Assembly: GCA_951406725.2 (NCBI GenBank)
Contig: OX597830.1
Coordinates: 76,260,001 to 76,324,000 of the forward strand
Length of the DNA: 64,000 bases
Direction of reading: 5' to 3'
DNA from: Octopus vulgaris
Lineage: Eukaryota
The notes under the pieces were generated by a model that saw only the letters and a list, made by a program, of their open reading frames with translations, searched no databases and was not told the origin of the DNA. Of this stretch, positions 17,143 to 30,204 are shown piece after piece (the first letter of the stretch is position 1; the number at the start of each line of letters is the position of its first letter). The position numbers and the translations under genes were made by a program.

Positions 17143-17890
17143 ATAAATTCATCTCTTTACATGATATCGAGGTCTCATTCATTCTTTTTTTGTCATACTA
17201 TTAATATTAATATGTATATATATGTGTGTGTGTGTGTGTGTGTATGTATATATATGTATATACAGAGAGATAGATAGATACATGTATACATACATACGTA
17301 CATATATATATAGGTATGTATATATGTGTGCACTTTATGTATAAATATATATGTTCGTATTTGTATGTATGTATGTATGTATGTATGTATGTATGTATGT
17401 ATGTATGTATGCATGTATGTATGTATGTATGTATGCATGCGCATGAGTGTAAGTATATTCAGACATACTGCAGACAGACCAACCCGGTTTTTGTTCATGT
17501 AAGCGGGAAATTTGATCACGTCGTATGCGCAGCGGCTCAGGAAGCAGTCGTTAATTTCTTGCTTCTCATATTTTAAACAAAGCTTAAGAATGAAACTGAA
17601 ATACACAACATAAATAAAATATGAAATTTCAATCATTATTTACTTACACTTATACTCGAATATGCAAACAGATATATATATTTGTGTATATATATAAATA
17701 AATATATAGATATAATAATAATTATTATTATTGCTAGTATATGAGTGTTTATGTGTGTATATACATACGTATAAATATATATGTATATATATATTTATAT
17801 ATGTACACACACACACATATATATATATTTACTTATACATACATATATATACATACATACATACATACATACAAACATACATATATATAC

Positions 17891-17924
<34 letters not shown>

Positions 17925-17930
<6 letters not shown>

Positions 17931-18150
17931 AAGAAATAGGGAAATTAACATACAGACTTAAATTATATTCAAAGATATTCAAATTAAAATAATATGAAAT
18001 TCTTATCTCTACGGCCGTTTCCATGTCCAGTTAATTAATTAGTGAAATTAAATAAAATTAAATTAAAATATTGATATTGAAACTGGTTAATGGGAGGTTT
18101 CACTGAACAATGGTATAGACAGGAGAACTGGGATGCAAATATCCCTTACA
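17925..18150 (-). mobile_element. Second copy of the 62041-62550 Penelope-like pLTR family
   Basis: attcaaagatattcaaat...aatatgaaattcttatctctacggccgtttcca...ttgaaactggttaat matches the 62 kb arms; tggtatagacaggagaactgggatgcaaatatccctta matches 62508-62545; minus strand reads GAAAC-GGCC-GTA. Confidence 0.7.
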
Positions 18151-18180
18151 AGATTATAGGTTCTTGGTATGATCGTTATT

Positions 18181-18375
18181 ATATTCTTTTATTCTTTTAT
18201 TTGGTTCGGTCATTTGACTGCAGCCATGCTGGAGCACCGCCTTTGGTCGAATAAATTGATCTTAGGACTTATTCTTTGTTAGCCTAGTGCTTATTCTATC
18301 GGTCTCTTATGCCGAACCGCTAATTACGAGAAGTAAACACGCGAACATCGGTTCTCAAGCGATGGTGGGTGGACA
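18181..18375 (-). mobile_element. SINE-C 3' half
   Basis: gtcatttgactgcagccatgctggagcaccgcctt...cttattctatcggtctc...gccgaaccgctaa. Confidence 0.9.
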
Positions 18376-18420
18376 TACATACATTTATATATGTAGATAT
18401 ATACATTCATATATATATAC

Positions 18421-18454
<34 letters not shown>

Positions 18455-18975
18455 TAATACTGATAGAGAAAAACAGACCGAGTGTGGAGAGAGAAGAGAG
18501 ATTGGGAAATAGATAAATGCATACGTACATACATACATACGTCTAGACATGCAAACATGTAGATATACATGCATACATACATACACAAACGTCCGCACAC
18601 ACATAAAGCGATACCCATATTATACTATTACTAGAGGAGTGGTGAAAGTCAGTTCAAGTCAGGCCGGAACTTCGACGTCACTCTCATCATCCTTCTTGTA
18701 AAAACTATAACGTATTTAGTATACGGTATTTACTAAGCCTTCGCTCTAATGTAAAACTCTTAAGTTATTTTCAGTTGGTTATAACTCGAAATAACAACAT
18801 TTATATCATATATATAGATATACAATGTTAGATAGATAGATAGATAGATAGATAGATATATAGATTGATAGATAGACAGATAGATATGCATGCTTTTATA
18901 TATGTATATGTATGTATACGTACATGCATGTACATAAATATATATGTATATATATACACACACACGCACATATAA

Positions 18976-19033
<58 letters not shown>

Positions 19034-19050
19034 TGAGAGAAAGAGAGAGA

Positions 19051-19094
<44 letters not shown>

Positions 19095-19148
19095 CATACA
19101 TACATACATACACACATACATACATACACACACAATACACACGTACAT

Positions 19149-19227
<79 letters not shown>

Positions 19228-19524
19228 TTATAATATAACAAGCGAAGGAAAAAAACGATTCCTCAAAAGGGATGTAAAACATCCGACCCACGGGTACGGC
19301 AGTTGAATACCACACAAATAGGGTAGGTATAAATACAAATTACAAATAATAAATCAAATAGAGTAATACAATTGACACTCTTACAATTTATTACATATTA
19401 ATATATAATACAATATACAATAATATATAATATAAGAAAAGATAAAAATAACCATTATTTTTAAAAAGCAAATTAAGCCAACAATTTATAGACATTATTT
19501 GATTTATAAACAATTCATATCTAA

Positions 19525-19955
19525 GTGTGTGTGTCGTTGTGTCTATGTTTGTACCCTATCACCGCTTGACAACCGGTGTTGGTGTGTTTACGTCCTGGCG
19601 GTTTAACGGTTCGGTAAAAGAGACCGGTTTAATTAGTACTAGGCTTAGAAGCATAAGTCCTCATTATTTGCATTATTTACATTATTTACGTTCGACGGTT
19701 ATTTGTTCTCATCTTGTTTGTTGCGAGGGTATATCAGCCGAAACGGTGTGTTAGCAACAAAACAAGATGAGGACAAATATCCGTCGAATGTAAATATTGT
19801 AAATAATGTAAATATTGTACATAATTCCTCATCTCTTAAATATAGAACTGTAACATAAGTCCCCGTTTCGATTCGTTTACTAAAAATAACTCTTCACAGT
19901 GATGCTCTAGCATGGCCTCAGCCTGAAACAAGTAAGAAAATAGAAGTATAAAAGA
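19525..19955 (+). mobile_element. SINE-C 3' half interrupted by the 19661-19853 insertion
   Basis: accgcttgacaaccggtgttggtgtgtttacgtcc...cataagtcc [insert] cataagtcc...tgctctagcatggcc...gaaacaagtaag. Confidence 0.85.
19661..19853 (+). mobile_element. TSD-flanked fold-back insertion, Penelope pLTR-like
   Basis: 9-bp direct repeat cataagtcc at 19652-19660 and 19854-19862; internal arms acattatttacgttcgacggttatttgttctcatcttgtttgttgc / gcaacaaaacaagatgaggacaaatatccgtcgaatgtaaatattgt; loop carries cagccGAAAC. Confidence 0.8.
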
Positions 19956-19996
19956 ATGTGTGTATATGAATATATATATATATATAATATGTGTGC

Positions 19997-20065
<69 letters not shown>

Positions 20066-20083
20066 TGTGTGTATGTGTCTGTG

Positions 20084-20140
<57 letters not shown>

Positions 20141-20455
20141 CTTTATATTGTATGCGAGTACTAATTAAACATATGGTCAGAGAAAAAGCATGTCATTCAC
20201 GTGTATGGTGGAGCTGCTGCAAACAGCAGTGAAATTTTATCCTGCAGTCTTAAAAGGACACGTTGCCTATGGTGTAAGGTTTCAGGCGCACCGGAAGAAG
20301 AATTGGCCGTCATGTCTGGATTGCCTTTGATTAAATATGTGTGCTCGATCAGGGCTGACCTGGAGTTAAACAACATGGAACGCTAAACGCCCATTTTCTC
20401 TTTATATTGCTATATATAATATATATATATATAATATATTATGCATGTGTATGTA

Positions 20456-20556
<101 letters not shown>

Positions 20557-20789
20557 GTATATGTATATATATATATATGTGTGTGTGTGTGGGTGTGGGT
20601 GTGGGTGTGTGAAATGGAGGACTATTGTAGTTTTAGCATTGATACATACTCTTACTTATATATACTTGCATATACGTGTGTGGTGTGTGTGTGTGTGTGT
20701 GTGTGTGAGTGTGTCTCATACGTATATGTGTGTTTATACGTGTATGTATACGCATACACACATACTCACACATATATCCAAGCCCAAAT

Positions 20790-21029
20790 ATATTTTTTTA
20801 TTTTTTTTACTTGTTTCCGTCATTTGACTATGGTCATGCTGCAGCTCCGCTTTGAAGGGTTTTAGTCGGACAAATCGACTAATTTTTTTAAAGCATAGTG
20901 CTTATTCTATCGGTACCTTTTGCCTAACCGCAAAAGATACTGATAGAATAAGTTCTAGGGGACGTAAACACACCAAGAAAGGTTGTCAAGCGGTGATGAG
21001 AAGGCAAAGACATACAAATACGCACACAT

Positions 21030-21076
<47 letters not shown>

Positions 21077-21600
21077 TAATACTAAGTAATTAAGGGTTTA
21101 GCAACGAATTGCCTCACCAACACACCGAATTTAGAAATAGCAGTCAAAGAGATATAGCTATTCCTTCTACTAAAAGGGGGATCTCAGTAAAAACACAGCA
21201 CTTGAAAAGCAAACACAGACAGGTAAGAAAGAAAGAATGAAATGACGGCAATCTATCATGCAATTTTAAGTTACCTACGGACGTACGTTTCGAGATCAAG
21301 TTTTAGGATAGCATAAGAATTAGAAAATTCTACTTTACCCAAACTTCTTCTCTCATCGGCGCAGGATACCACAATTATGAATAATTGTATATTAAATTTT
21401 GAGATATATATATATATATACTGTATAACGACCGCCTTCTTTCAGTTACCGTCTACCACATCCACTCACAAGGTTTTGGTCAGCTCGAGTCTATAATAGA
21501 AGATACTTGCCCTAAGTCTCATGCATTGGTACAAAACCTGGAACCATGTGACGTGGTTGAGAAACAAGCTACTTGCCACACACCCACGCCTGTGCCTATA
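20790..21600 (-). mobile_element. SINE-C split at its internal (TA)n by a hammerhead-bearing insert (about 21070-21405)
   Basis: Tail 20795-21025 and head 21430-21598 are collinear SINE-C halves; unrelated sequence lies between two (TA)n runs. Confidence 0.85.
21274..21365 (-). ncRNA. Minimal type-I hammerhead ribozyme motif (U4C variant)
   Basis: Minus strand: cctgcg-CCGATGA-gaga..aagttt...aaactt..tctc-GAAAC-gtac-GTC-cgtagg; stem I cctgcg/cgtagg, palindromic stem III ACGTACGT, GUC cleavage triplet. Confidence 0.75.
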
Positions 21601-21689
21601 TACATTATTGATTGATTGATTCTAGTTTCAGCTCACGAGCTGTGGCCATGCTGGGGCACCGCCGTGTATATTTCCTTTAAATATTCTTT

Positions 21690-21885
21690 TCTATTCTTTG
21701 CACGCGGCCCGAAATTTTAGGGGACGGGGCTCAGTCGATTAGAACGACCCCAGTACACAACGACCTCGAAAGAATGAAAGGCAAAGTCGACCTCAGTGGA
21801 ATTTGAAATCAGAACGTAATGACGGACGAAATGCCGTTGAGCATTTTACTCGGCGAGCTTAACGGTTCTGCCAGCTCGCCACCTT
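21690..21885 (-). mobile_element. SINE-B
   Basis: gaaagaatgaaaggcaaagtcgacctcagtggaatttgaaatcagaacg...ctgccagctcgccacctt. Confidence 0.9.
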
Positions 21886-22079
21886 AATAATGCATGAATG
21901 ATAGATAATAAATAAATAATATTAATAATAGATAAATTGTAAATAATAATAAAGTAATTAACTAACGCTACCAGTTGGAAATCGGAGCTCTGTATAATAT
22001 AAGGCAACTTAAATGAACTATATGTTTGTTTGGCAGACAAGTTTGGAGATGATAAAACTGTGTTCCGAAGTCACAGTCC

Positions 22080-22760
22080 CACCCAAGCCTGATGTAAATA
22101 GAATATACCTACTTGAAACACAGGTAGAAAGGAAAGCTACTTGGGTCCAATATGGGGAAATTTGTTAGTGTAATATTAACACGAAGGAAACAGAATCGTT
22201 TCCTTTTATATACGGAAACAAAGTAGCGCCTTTAATGAAGAAAATTATTTAGGTAAGGACGAAAATAAGAGAAAGGACTTCAAAAGTAAGTGAACAAAAT
22301 CTAATATATATTAAAGAAAATATTGGATAGAGATATATCACTGCATGGCCATCACCCAGCAAGATTCAACGGTGAGGAAGTATGCCAGATCAAAAGCAAT
22401 AATGGTTGAAAGGCTCTGGGTTAAAAGCTAAAGCAGAAGTTTCGTCTATAGCGATTCAGATGATAATGGCTAGTCAGGAATAATTAGAAAAATAATGACA
22501 GACGATAGTAATGCCATATCATCAAGACCATGAAACGGTTGGCCACCTCATTTCCGGCTGACCAGGAATTGCCAAATTTCTATATATGTTCACAGACACG
22601 AAAAGAGTTGGTGGCATTAAAACTGGCCAAAATGTCACTTCGACATGAAAACAATTTAGAAATAATATGAAATATGTACCAAAAAACGGTGCAAGGAAAA
22701 CGAGATTGCTATGATCATCTGAGACATGTCTGTTGAGATTAACCAGAAGATCATCCGGGA
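22080..22760 (+). pseudogene. Decayed R4/Dong-clade non-LTR retrotransposon ORF (RT thumb to zinc knuckle)
   Basis: Collinear frameshifted motifs HP..DVNRIYL, SLHG, WLKGSGLKAKAE..IAIQ, ETVGHLISG.P.IAK, RH..VG, ENE...II(W)DM, in the order known for R4-clade proteins. Confidence 0.75.
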
Positions 22761-22997
22761 CATGTCTCTCTAGATTAACTAGGAGTTTGTCTGGGATATA
22801 TCTGCCCCGATTAACCAGGAGATCTTGGACATGTCTCTCCAGACTAACCAGGAGAGATAATCTGGAACTTATCTATCCAGATTTACCAGATCATCGGGAA
22901 CATTTCTGACCAGAATAACCACGAGATCATCTTGGACATGTCTGTCCAGATTAACCAGGATATCACGTAGGGCCTGTCTGTCCAGGTTAACCAAGGA
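22714..22997 (+). repeat. ~36-bp minisatellite, 8 diverged units
   Basis: Consensus atcatctgggacatgtctgtccagattaaccaggag (reads IIWDMSVQINQE). Confidence 0.9.
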
Positions 22998-23399
22998 ATA
23001 AAGATGTGAAGCTTCCAAGTTTTTCACCTCTTAACTGTTACAAACAAGAAGGTTGAAGAGCCATCAAAGCCCCGGTGAGCTTAGAACAGAAGACAGGCAC
23101 TGCCTTTAGTCTTTTATCCTTTAGTTGTTTTAGTCATTCCAATACGGTCGGAATGTGAATAAGGTGGATGTATGCTTTGGATAGAATGTCAATAACGATT
23201 AGAATATTATATGTGGTATGTTGACTGAGTCGCTCAAGTTGATTGAGCAGCTCACAATCAAGAGATCTGGAGTGGACAGGCCTTTGTGTCACTTCATTTC
23301 CCGTTGGTCTAGTCAACTCAGATGGGTGTACAAGCAGGTTACTAATGCAATGTTGTCTCTCTTCTTCCAAATGTCACAGCTTAAATGGGCTTCTGGGTC

Positions 23400-23640
23400 A
23401 ATTTGAAGGGCTTTGAGAAGGCATTTATATCTACTCGTGACTACGGAGGACCCTAAAATAATCAGAGAGAGAGCATGGTACATGTTTCTAGGCCATACTC
23501 GCTCGCACCTAACGGTTGGTTGTACAACTCTTCTAGGTTTATAAGAAGAAATATGAACAAGGTATGCAAACTATAGCCAGGTACACAACCCAAAAAACAA
23601 GCCATGGGGAGATCCCCGTAAAGTACTGCCCACACACAAT
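23400..23640 (+). pseudogene. Possible highly decayed RTE-like LINE ORF end
   Basis: Fragments read LRRTLK and KVCKL.PG..KK..MGRSP, loosely resembling the LRRILxI and RxRGRP motifs. Confidence 0.25.
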
Positions 23641-23682
23641 ACAAAACAATTCGTATTCAGTAGTGCAACTCAAACAATATAT

Positions 23683-23815
23683 AGGCGGCGAACCGGTGTG
23701 GGGTCGTTAGAGCCTCGAACAGAATACTTCGCAGTAGTTGTTTCGAAACCCTAAGGCCTGCGTTCAAATTCCGTTGATGTCATCTTTGTCTTTTATCCTT
23801 TCGGAGTTGATGGAA
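23683..23815 (+). mobile_element. Diverged SINE-B head and central domain
   Basis: ggcggcgaaccgg...gcgttcaaattccg...ctttgtcttttatcctttcggagttgat. Confidence 0.7.
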
Positions 23816-24119
23816 AGGTACCATACCGAGGCGATGGATTGGCGAACTGGCAAGAAGGTTGCACTGAATGCCTTGTGGTATTTGTTCCGGCTCTGTATGT
23901 TCTGAGTTAAAATCCCACTCCGACCTACTTGTACGTAGACTTAAGCCGACGTCCAGTTTAACAGCAACACCTGGTACATCGGATGCATTGAATGCTGTCC
24001 GCTCTGTTGCAAACAGTCGTGCTATGTTTCTGATTTGAGGATTCATTCCGTTTCTCTTCCTCCTTTACTCCCTCCAGTCCCGGCGGCCTTGGAAAGGATG
24101 ACAGGCTCAACCTTCCATC

Positions 24120-24338
24120 TTCTTTTATCTCTTTATGGCTTCAGTCGACTTGCCTTGAGTGCGGCCATATTTGGGCACCGCTTTCAAAGTTTTAATTGAA
24201 CAAATCGAAACAAGAACATATTTTTAAAATCTATTACTTATTATATCGGTCTCTTTCACCGAAACATTGAGTCACAGGGACAAACCAACACCAGTTGTCA
24301 AGCGCTGGTGGTGACAAACACAACATGAACATAGACAT

Positions 24339-24372
<34 letters not shown>

Positions 24373-24663
24373 ACTCTATGTGTGTGTGTGTGTGTGTGTG
24401 TGTATTTATAATTCTTAAACAAAAATATTGACAGTGACTTCGAAGTTTTGACTTGTTAAGCAATCGTAGGACGATGGCCTAAACGACTGAAACCAATCGG
24501 CTGGCCCCTTCCCAAACATTTCGGGCCTGTGCCTAGAGTAGAAAAGAAAACAATATTCTTATTTAAGAATAATAAATTTGTACTTTATAAGAGTATAGAT
24601 TATAGAGTATTTCATCAGATTATTGTAAAATTATTATTATTATTATAACTCAACATTAAAGCA

Positions 24664-24708
<45 letters not shown>

Positions 24709-24748
24709 TATACAAAACATATATGTGTATGTATATATATGTCTGTGC

Positions 24749-24792
<44 letters not shown>

Positions 24793-24809
24793 TATAGCAT
24801 ATATATATA

Positions 24810-24865
<56 letters not shown>

Positions 24866-25050
24866 TACAGACATACATACATACACGCACAAATGTCGGG
24901 GTTCCTCACACTTTCCATGTGTCATATTCACCCATCGGTCGGCAAGGGGCTATTGTTGACGACATTTGCCCAACTTGCCGCACAGTGGGATTGAACCCGA
25001 AACTACATAATAGCAAAGCGTGCTTCTCAGTCACACAGCCATGCCTGCTA
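24120..25050 (-). mobile_element. Diverged SINE-C split by microsatellites and a small insert
   Basis: Tail 24120-24340 (gcggccatatttgggcaccgc...ccagttgtcaagcg) and head 24890-25048 (gacatttgcccaa...cacagtgggattgaaccc...cacacagccatgcctgc). Confidence 0.7.
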
Positions 25051-25254
25051 CTTCTTGCCTAAAAGATGAAAAGCGCTACACCCTGGAAATACTTCGATAG
25101 CAACCCAACATAGTAAATAACACGTGTCTCTTGACATCTTATTTAAGGATCCATCGCCAAACGACACGCAACGTTCTTACTGCAACTGCTACTCAATAAT
25201 TTCATTCAATGCTATCACAGGAATATGACTGACCAGCCACCATCACCACTCCTG

Positions 25255-25480
25255 CCTCCGAGTTTGTGGTCTTGCGAGCGGATTGGTGACCTCATTAGTG
25301 CTGGTGCCAGGTAAAAACAAAAGAAACCAGTATAAAGTGGTCGGCGTCAAGAAGAGCAGCCAGCAATAAAAATCATGCCTAAGTATACTCTTGAGCACGA
25401 TGCAGTCCTTCGAGCCATCAGATTCTGTCAATATTTCCAACCCACGCCAGCAAGAAATATCGGACGTTATATGATAATGA
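25255..25480 (+). mobile_element. Retroposon remnant with (GAT)n-type tail, RTE-associated SINE/LINE-like
   Basis: aaagtggtcggcgtcaagaagagcagccagcaataaaa resembles the ggcgtcaggaagggcatccagccgtaaaa motif I recall from RTE-related repeats; ends ggacgtta..atgataatgacgatg. Single copy here. Confidence 0.4.
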
Positions 25481-26037
25481 CGATGCCGATGCTTCTGCTG
25501 TTGCTGGTGATGGTGATGGTGATGGTGGTGGTGGTGGTGGTGGTGGTGGTGGTGGTGGTGGTGGTGGTGGTGGTGGTGGTGGTGGTGGTGGTGGTGGTGG
25601 TGGTGGTGGCGGTGGTTGTGGTGATGGTGGTGATGTACTCTTACGTAGAGAACTACCCATCAATAATATTAACGACTCTCATTCTACACAATTGCCACTC
25701 AATACTATAGCAGGGATCGGTAAATTTCATAGAATGCTTGCTAATTTATCGCCCTCACTTATGGCCCTTCATGTAATCTTCTAAAATGAAATTAAAAATG
25801 ACAATTAATAAAAAAATTCTTGCTTTTAAAAACAATAATTCCTTCGTTCATTTCCGTGTCTTTACGCCTTTCTAATAAGAAATATTTCAAGAAATATATG
25901 GAAAATGCTCAACTTAAGGAAAATGACAATAAAAAAATGTCCATATTGTATTGATATATGACTGGAAATTGGTGAGTTTTAGGCCTTAAATTTCTGCGCT
26001 CTTCTTGATTAGGTTCATTAATAATTGGACATCCTAA

Positions 26038-26252
26038 GACCGCGTGCTGGTAAATTCGTTAAAATGCTGGGCAAAATGCTTAGCGGCATATCGTCCGTAT
26101 TTACGTTTTGAATTCAAGTTCCATCGAGGTCGGCTTTACCTTTCATTCTTTCGGGGTCGATAAAATAAGTACCAGTTGAACATTGGAGTTGAAATAATCG
26201 ACTCAATCCCCCCGCCGAAATCACTGCCCTTGGGCCAATACCTGAAACCAAT
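26038..26252 (+). mobile_element. SINE-B, full length, diverged
   Basis: gcgtgctggtaaattcgttaa...gaattcaagttcc..gaggtcggctttacctttcattctttcggggtcgataaaataagtaccagt. Confidence 0.9.
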
Positions 26253-26895
26253 AATTCAACATTCTTAATACTCCAAATTGGTCAAGAGTTTATGAACATC
26301 TTAGATAGCCACATAGAGCCCTATGGGTCAATTCTGAGCACTTTGCCAGCATGGGCACTGAACAATTGCCCGGAAGCCTCATTTGTCCAGAGAACTAATT
26401 CTGATATATGTATGTTGTGATTTGCTGTCAATAAGTAAAAACTGTATGACCTAGTGTTTTGATTTTTCCGGAGGTGGGGTTATAATGCTACTAAAACGGT
26501 TCTATCTCTGATATAACAACCGACAGTAGAAATATTCCACGTAATCACTATCCGAAACAATACTATGGTCGCAACACACACGGCACACAGATTAGATGCG
26601 AAATACAACCACTACCCCACAAATTAACACATCACATATTGCACGTACCTTTCAGAAAGGAAGATACAATATAATAACAAGAAACTAAAAACGACTTCAT
26701 GCACGCATGTTCACATACACACATAACCCATTCACTAAATATATGTATGTATGTATGTATTTATGTGTGTCTGTATAATATAATATATATATAGAGAGAG
26801 AGGGGGAAGAGGGGAGAGGAAGGGGATAGAGAGATAGACAGAGAGACAAACAGATAAATAGACAGATAGACAGACAAACATACAAACAGACAGAC

Positions 26896-27052
<157 letters not shown>

Positions 27053-27698
27053 CACAGACAGATACTAAGCACCTTTGCTGATGCATCAAAACAGATATAC
27101 CGCAGTGTCAATGCAATAAGAATGAATCAACATTTTGTTGCCCCCTGTTGTTTCTCAGGGGAGAGCGGGAAATGAGAACATGGTAACGTAAAGAAAACAA
27201 AGATGAAAGCAACATATATATATATATATATATATATAAAGCACAAATATTACGTTGTAAGACCAACTGTTCTACGTGTTTAGAAACATTATAGCTGAAC
27301 TCGGGTTGCTGCGCTAGCATAGTCGCTGCTTGGTTATGGTAATGAAAGAAAGAAGTGTTCTACAGGAGAGTTAGGGCTGGGGCAAGAAACACCTGTATAT
27401 CTCTGAATATAATCAATGCTGTTCGATATGAATGGTAAGGGAAGAAATGCTATAAGTCGCCGAAATCATCGTGATCTGCAGTCGGCAGCTGATGAAGGGA
27501 ACATGTGTGTGTGTATATACATACATACATACATACATACATACATACATACATACATACATACATACATACACCCCCACATATATATATATATTGTTGT
27601 ATTTCGGAATAGTCATCTTATTTATTTATTTGCCAGACGCACTCTATATTTGTTTTCTTCACTCATTTATTACTGTTCTTAATATTACTAATGTCCAT

Positions 27699-27743
27699 TG
27701 TCCGGAAATCTTTCGTCACACATCTGTGACCTCTTCGGTGACA
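27699..27743 (-). ncRNA. Minimal hammerhead-like motif (U4C variant)
   Basis: Minus strand: tgtca-CCGAAGA-g-gtcaca-gatg-tgtgac-GAAA-gatt-TC-cggaca; 6-bp stem II, imperfect stems I and III. Confidence 0.55.
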
Positions 27744-28088
27744 CTTTTCGTTTCCGTGTATTTTCTTGCTCCAGTTACTCCATTCCGTTCTTCTGAGATG
27801 TGTATCCTTATGTGCTCACGCGTTTATGTCCTTGTTAGTGTGTGTGTGTGTGTGTGTATGTGTGTGTGTTTGTGTGTGTGTGCGTGTGTATGTATGTGAG
27901 CGTGTGTGTATGCTTGTGTGTGTGTGTCACAGTTTTTAACAGCAGTGTGGCCTTCCCCTCAGCCCCATCCTCTCACCAATTGTGCTGATGCTGTCCTAAG
28001 ATCCGAGAAAAACAAAACAAAAATGGTACTGTTCCTGTATTCTTCTGTGTATGTGTATTCATCCTTGGTGTTGCCATCGTGGTAGTTG

Positions 28089-28151
<63 letters not shown>

Positions 28152-28169
28152 CATACACACATATATATA

Positions 28170-28260
28170 TGTAAATTCAGAAAATGGAGATTTGACATTA
28201 ATATAATTTATTAACTGCAAATATTCAACATATTCTCTTACAGCTGTTTCGTGTCTTCCC
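28170..28260 (-). mobile_element. Putative Penelope-like pLTR end adjoining (TA)n
   Basis: cttacagctgtttcg at 28237-28251 reads cGAAAC-AGCT-GTAag on the minus strand; the 5' core half is not recognisable. Confidence 0.4.
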
Positions 28261-29176
28261 AAAGAATTAAATTCTAGTAATCAAAACATCTTATTGGGTG
28301 AAATCTCAATGTTAGTTCCCATGGATATATGAAAGTTAAAGTTGACCCATTTTACATTTGAACTGAGGACCAACACCTTTGCCGGGTTTAATCTAAGACT
28401 GCTGGGGAACTTGGCGGCCTTCATTTGGACCAACATTGTTGCAAACAATCGGGTCATATTTTTTGTTCTTATGGATACCTTCTTCACAAAAGAAGAAGAA
28501 GGGTGCCTTATAATGGGTTCGCGGAGGCCTTGTAACGGGTGAAGAGCACTATCATTGCTCGTGAATAAAATGTTTAAATGCCTGAAAGAGCTTACAAAAG
28601 CAAATATGTATAAAGCAGAAAAAAAACATTGAAGCATTGGCATGTCTGTAATATAAAGAGCCATTGCAGTACCTTAGGTAGAGGGAACGTGATTAAGAGA
28701 AAGAAAGGGTAGAGAAAGGAGGAGAGAAGGATGAGGAGAGAAAAGGAGAGAGAAAATGGTGGGGAGCAGCTGATTGCATCCGGAGAAAGGTATGTGGATT
28801 TAAACTTAGAGAGGAGATAATCTGAACTTGGATTATGTATGTAGGGACAAGATAAACAGTAAGGATTACGATTAGGTTGCTGCTGATGAAGAAAATTGTG
28901 ACTGAGACGGCGGAGCAGCAAAAGAAGGGTGCAGAGGGGGAAGATAATCATTAGTTTTATTATTGTTTTTTTATACTCTCTTTCTGTTTATGTGCGTGGA
29001 TGTGTATGTTTATATGTATATACGTACGTATGCATGTATTTACGTATATTATGTATATCTTTCTGTGCGCGAGCGCGCGCGTGTGTGTGTGTATACAGAG
29101 AGATGGGTTTGACATTTGATAAGTCTACGAAGCTAAGTTGTATTGAGCTCAATGAAACTGTTATTAAATAATATAC

Positions 29177-29226
<50 letters not shown>

Positions 29227-30204
29227 ACGTTGGCGCGCAGGCGTCGACTGTGTGTGTTTGTATACGTTTGAGCTGACAACTATTTTTCTGTCGAATACAA
29301 ACACACACACACACACACATAAACACACACGAGCGAAGACTGACTGGTGTACATACTCACAATTACCCCTTTCTTTCTCCGAAGAAGATAAAAAGTCCGA
29401 AACGTTGCACCTCTTTCTCAACTCTCCAATGACAATATCAACACATAAGATTTGTGTGTGTGTCTATATTTATTTATATATATGTATATATACATATATA
29501 TACATATATATGTATGTATACATATATATGTATGTATGTATATATATACATACATATATATATATATATATACATATATGATATATATATATAAACGAAT
29601 ATACACGTGTAAAAATATATATAAGTACACTCGTGCGTGCACATACTGACACACACACATAACACACACACACACACACACGCACTGATATGCATGCACG
29701 AACACACATCTATTTTTATAATATAGAGCAATGGAAAACGTTGTAACATCACCTTTGTGAATGGAGCCTAGACATGGCTCTAAACTGTATAGACGTGCTC
29801 GCCACTAAACAGACACGCGCACACACACATACATACATACGTACATACATACATACACACACATGCATATCCGTACATACATACATCCAAGAATATATGC
29901 ATACATATACACACACACACACACATCCATCTGCTTGTACCTGTGTTTCTGCATGTATGATGTTGGTAACTTTTATTGTGTAGACTTTGTAGAGTGAGTT
30001 CTAAGATCTGAGCAAAACGCGACTACGACACCATTTCAGATGTTAGCACACTGCATGAATAATATTTTTTCAGAAGGGCATAATATTCACCACTTGCTTT
30101 CGTCACGCTCACCTAAACATCAGTTTTGTCATAACTTCATCGAAATCATAGTGCGCATAGTTCATAAAATGTTTGTGTGTGTGTATGCATATGTCTGTAT
30201 ATAA

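Noticed and set aside
22714-22997. Regular ~36-bp repeats suggestive of CRISPR
   Set aside because: Units are contiguous without unique spacers, there are no cas genes, and the context is eukaryotic.
28281-28664. 127-aa non-repetitive minus-strand ORF
   Set aside because: No recognisable motif; it lies next to a putative pLTR end and is more likely decayed transposon sequence.
28876-28922. ttgctg-CTGATGA...gagac...cagcaa
   Set aside because: Stem I is present but the GAAA and UH positions are both mutated; too degenerate to call.
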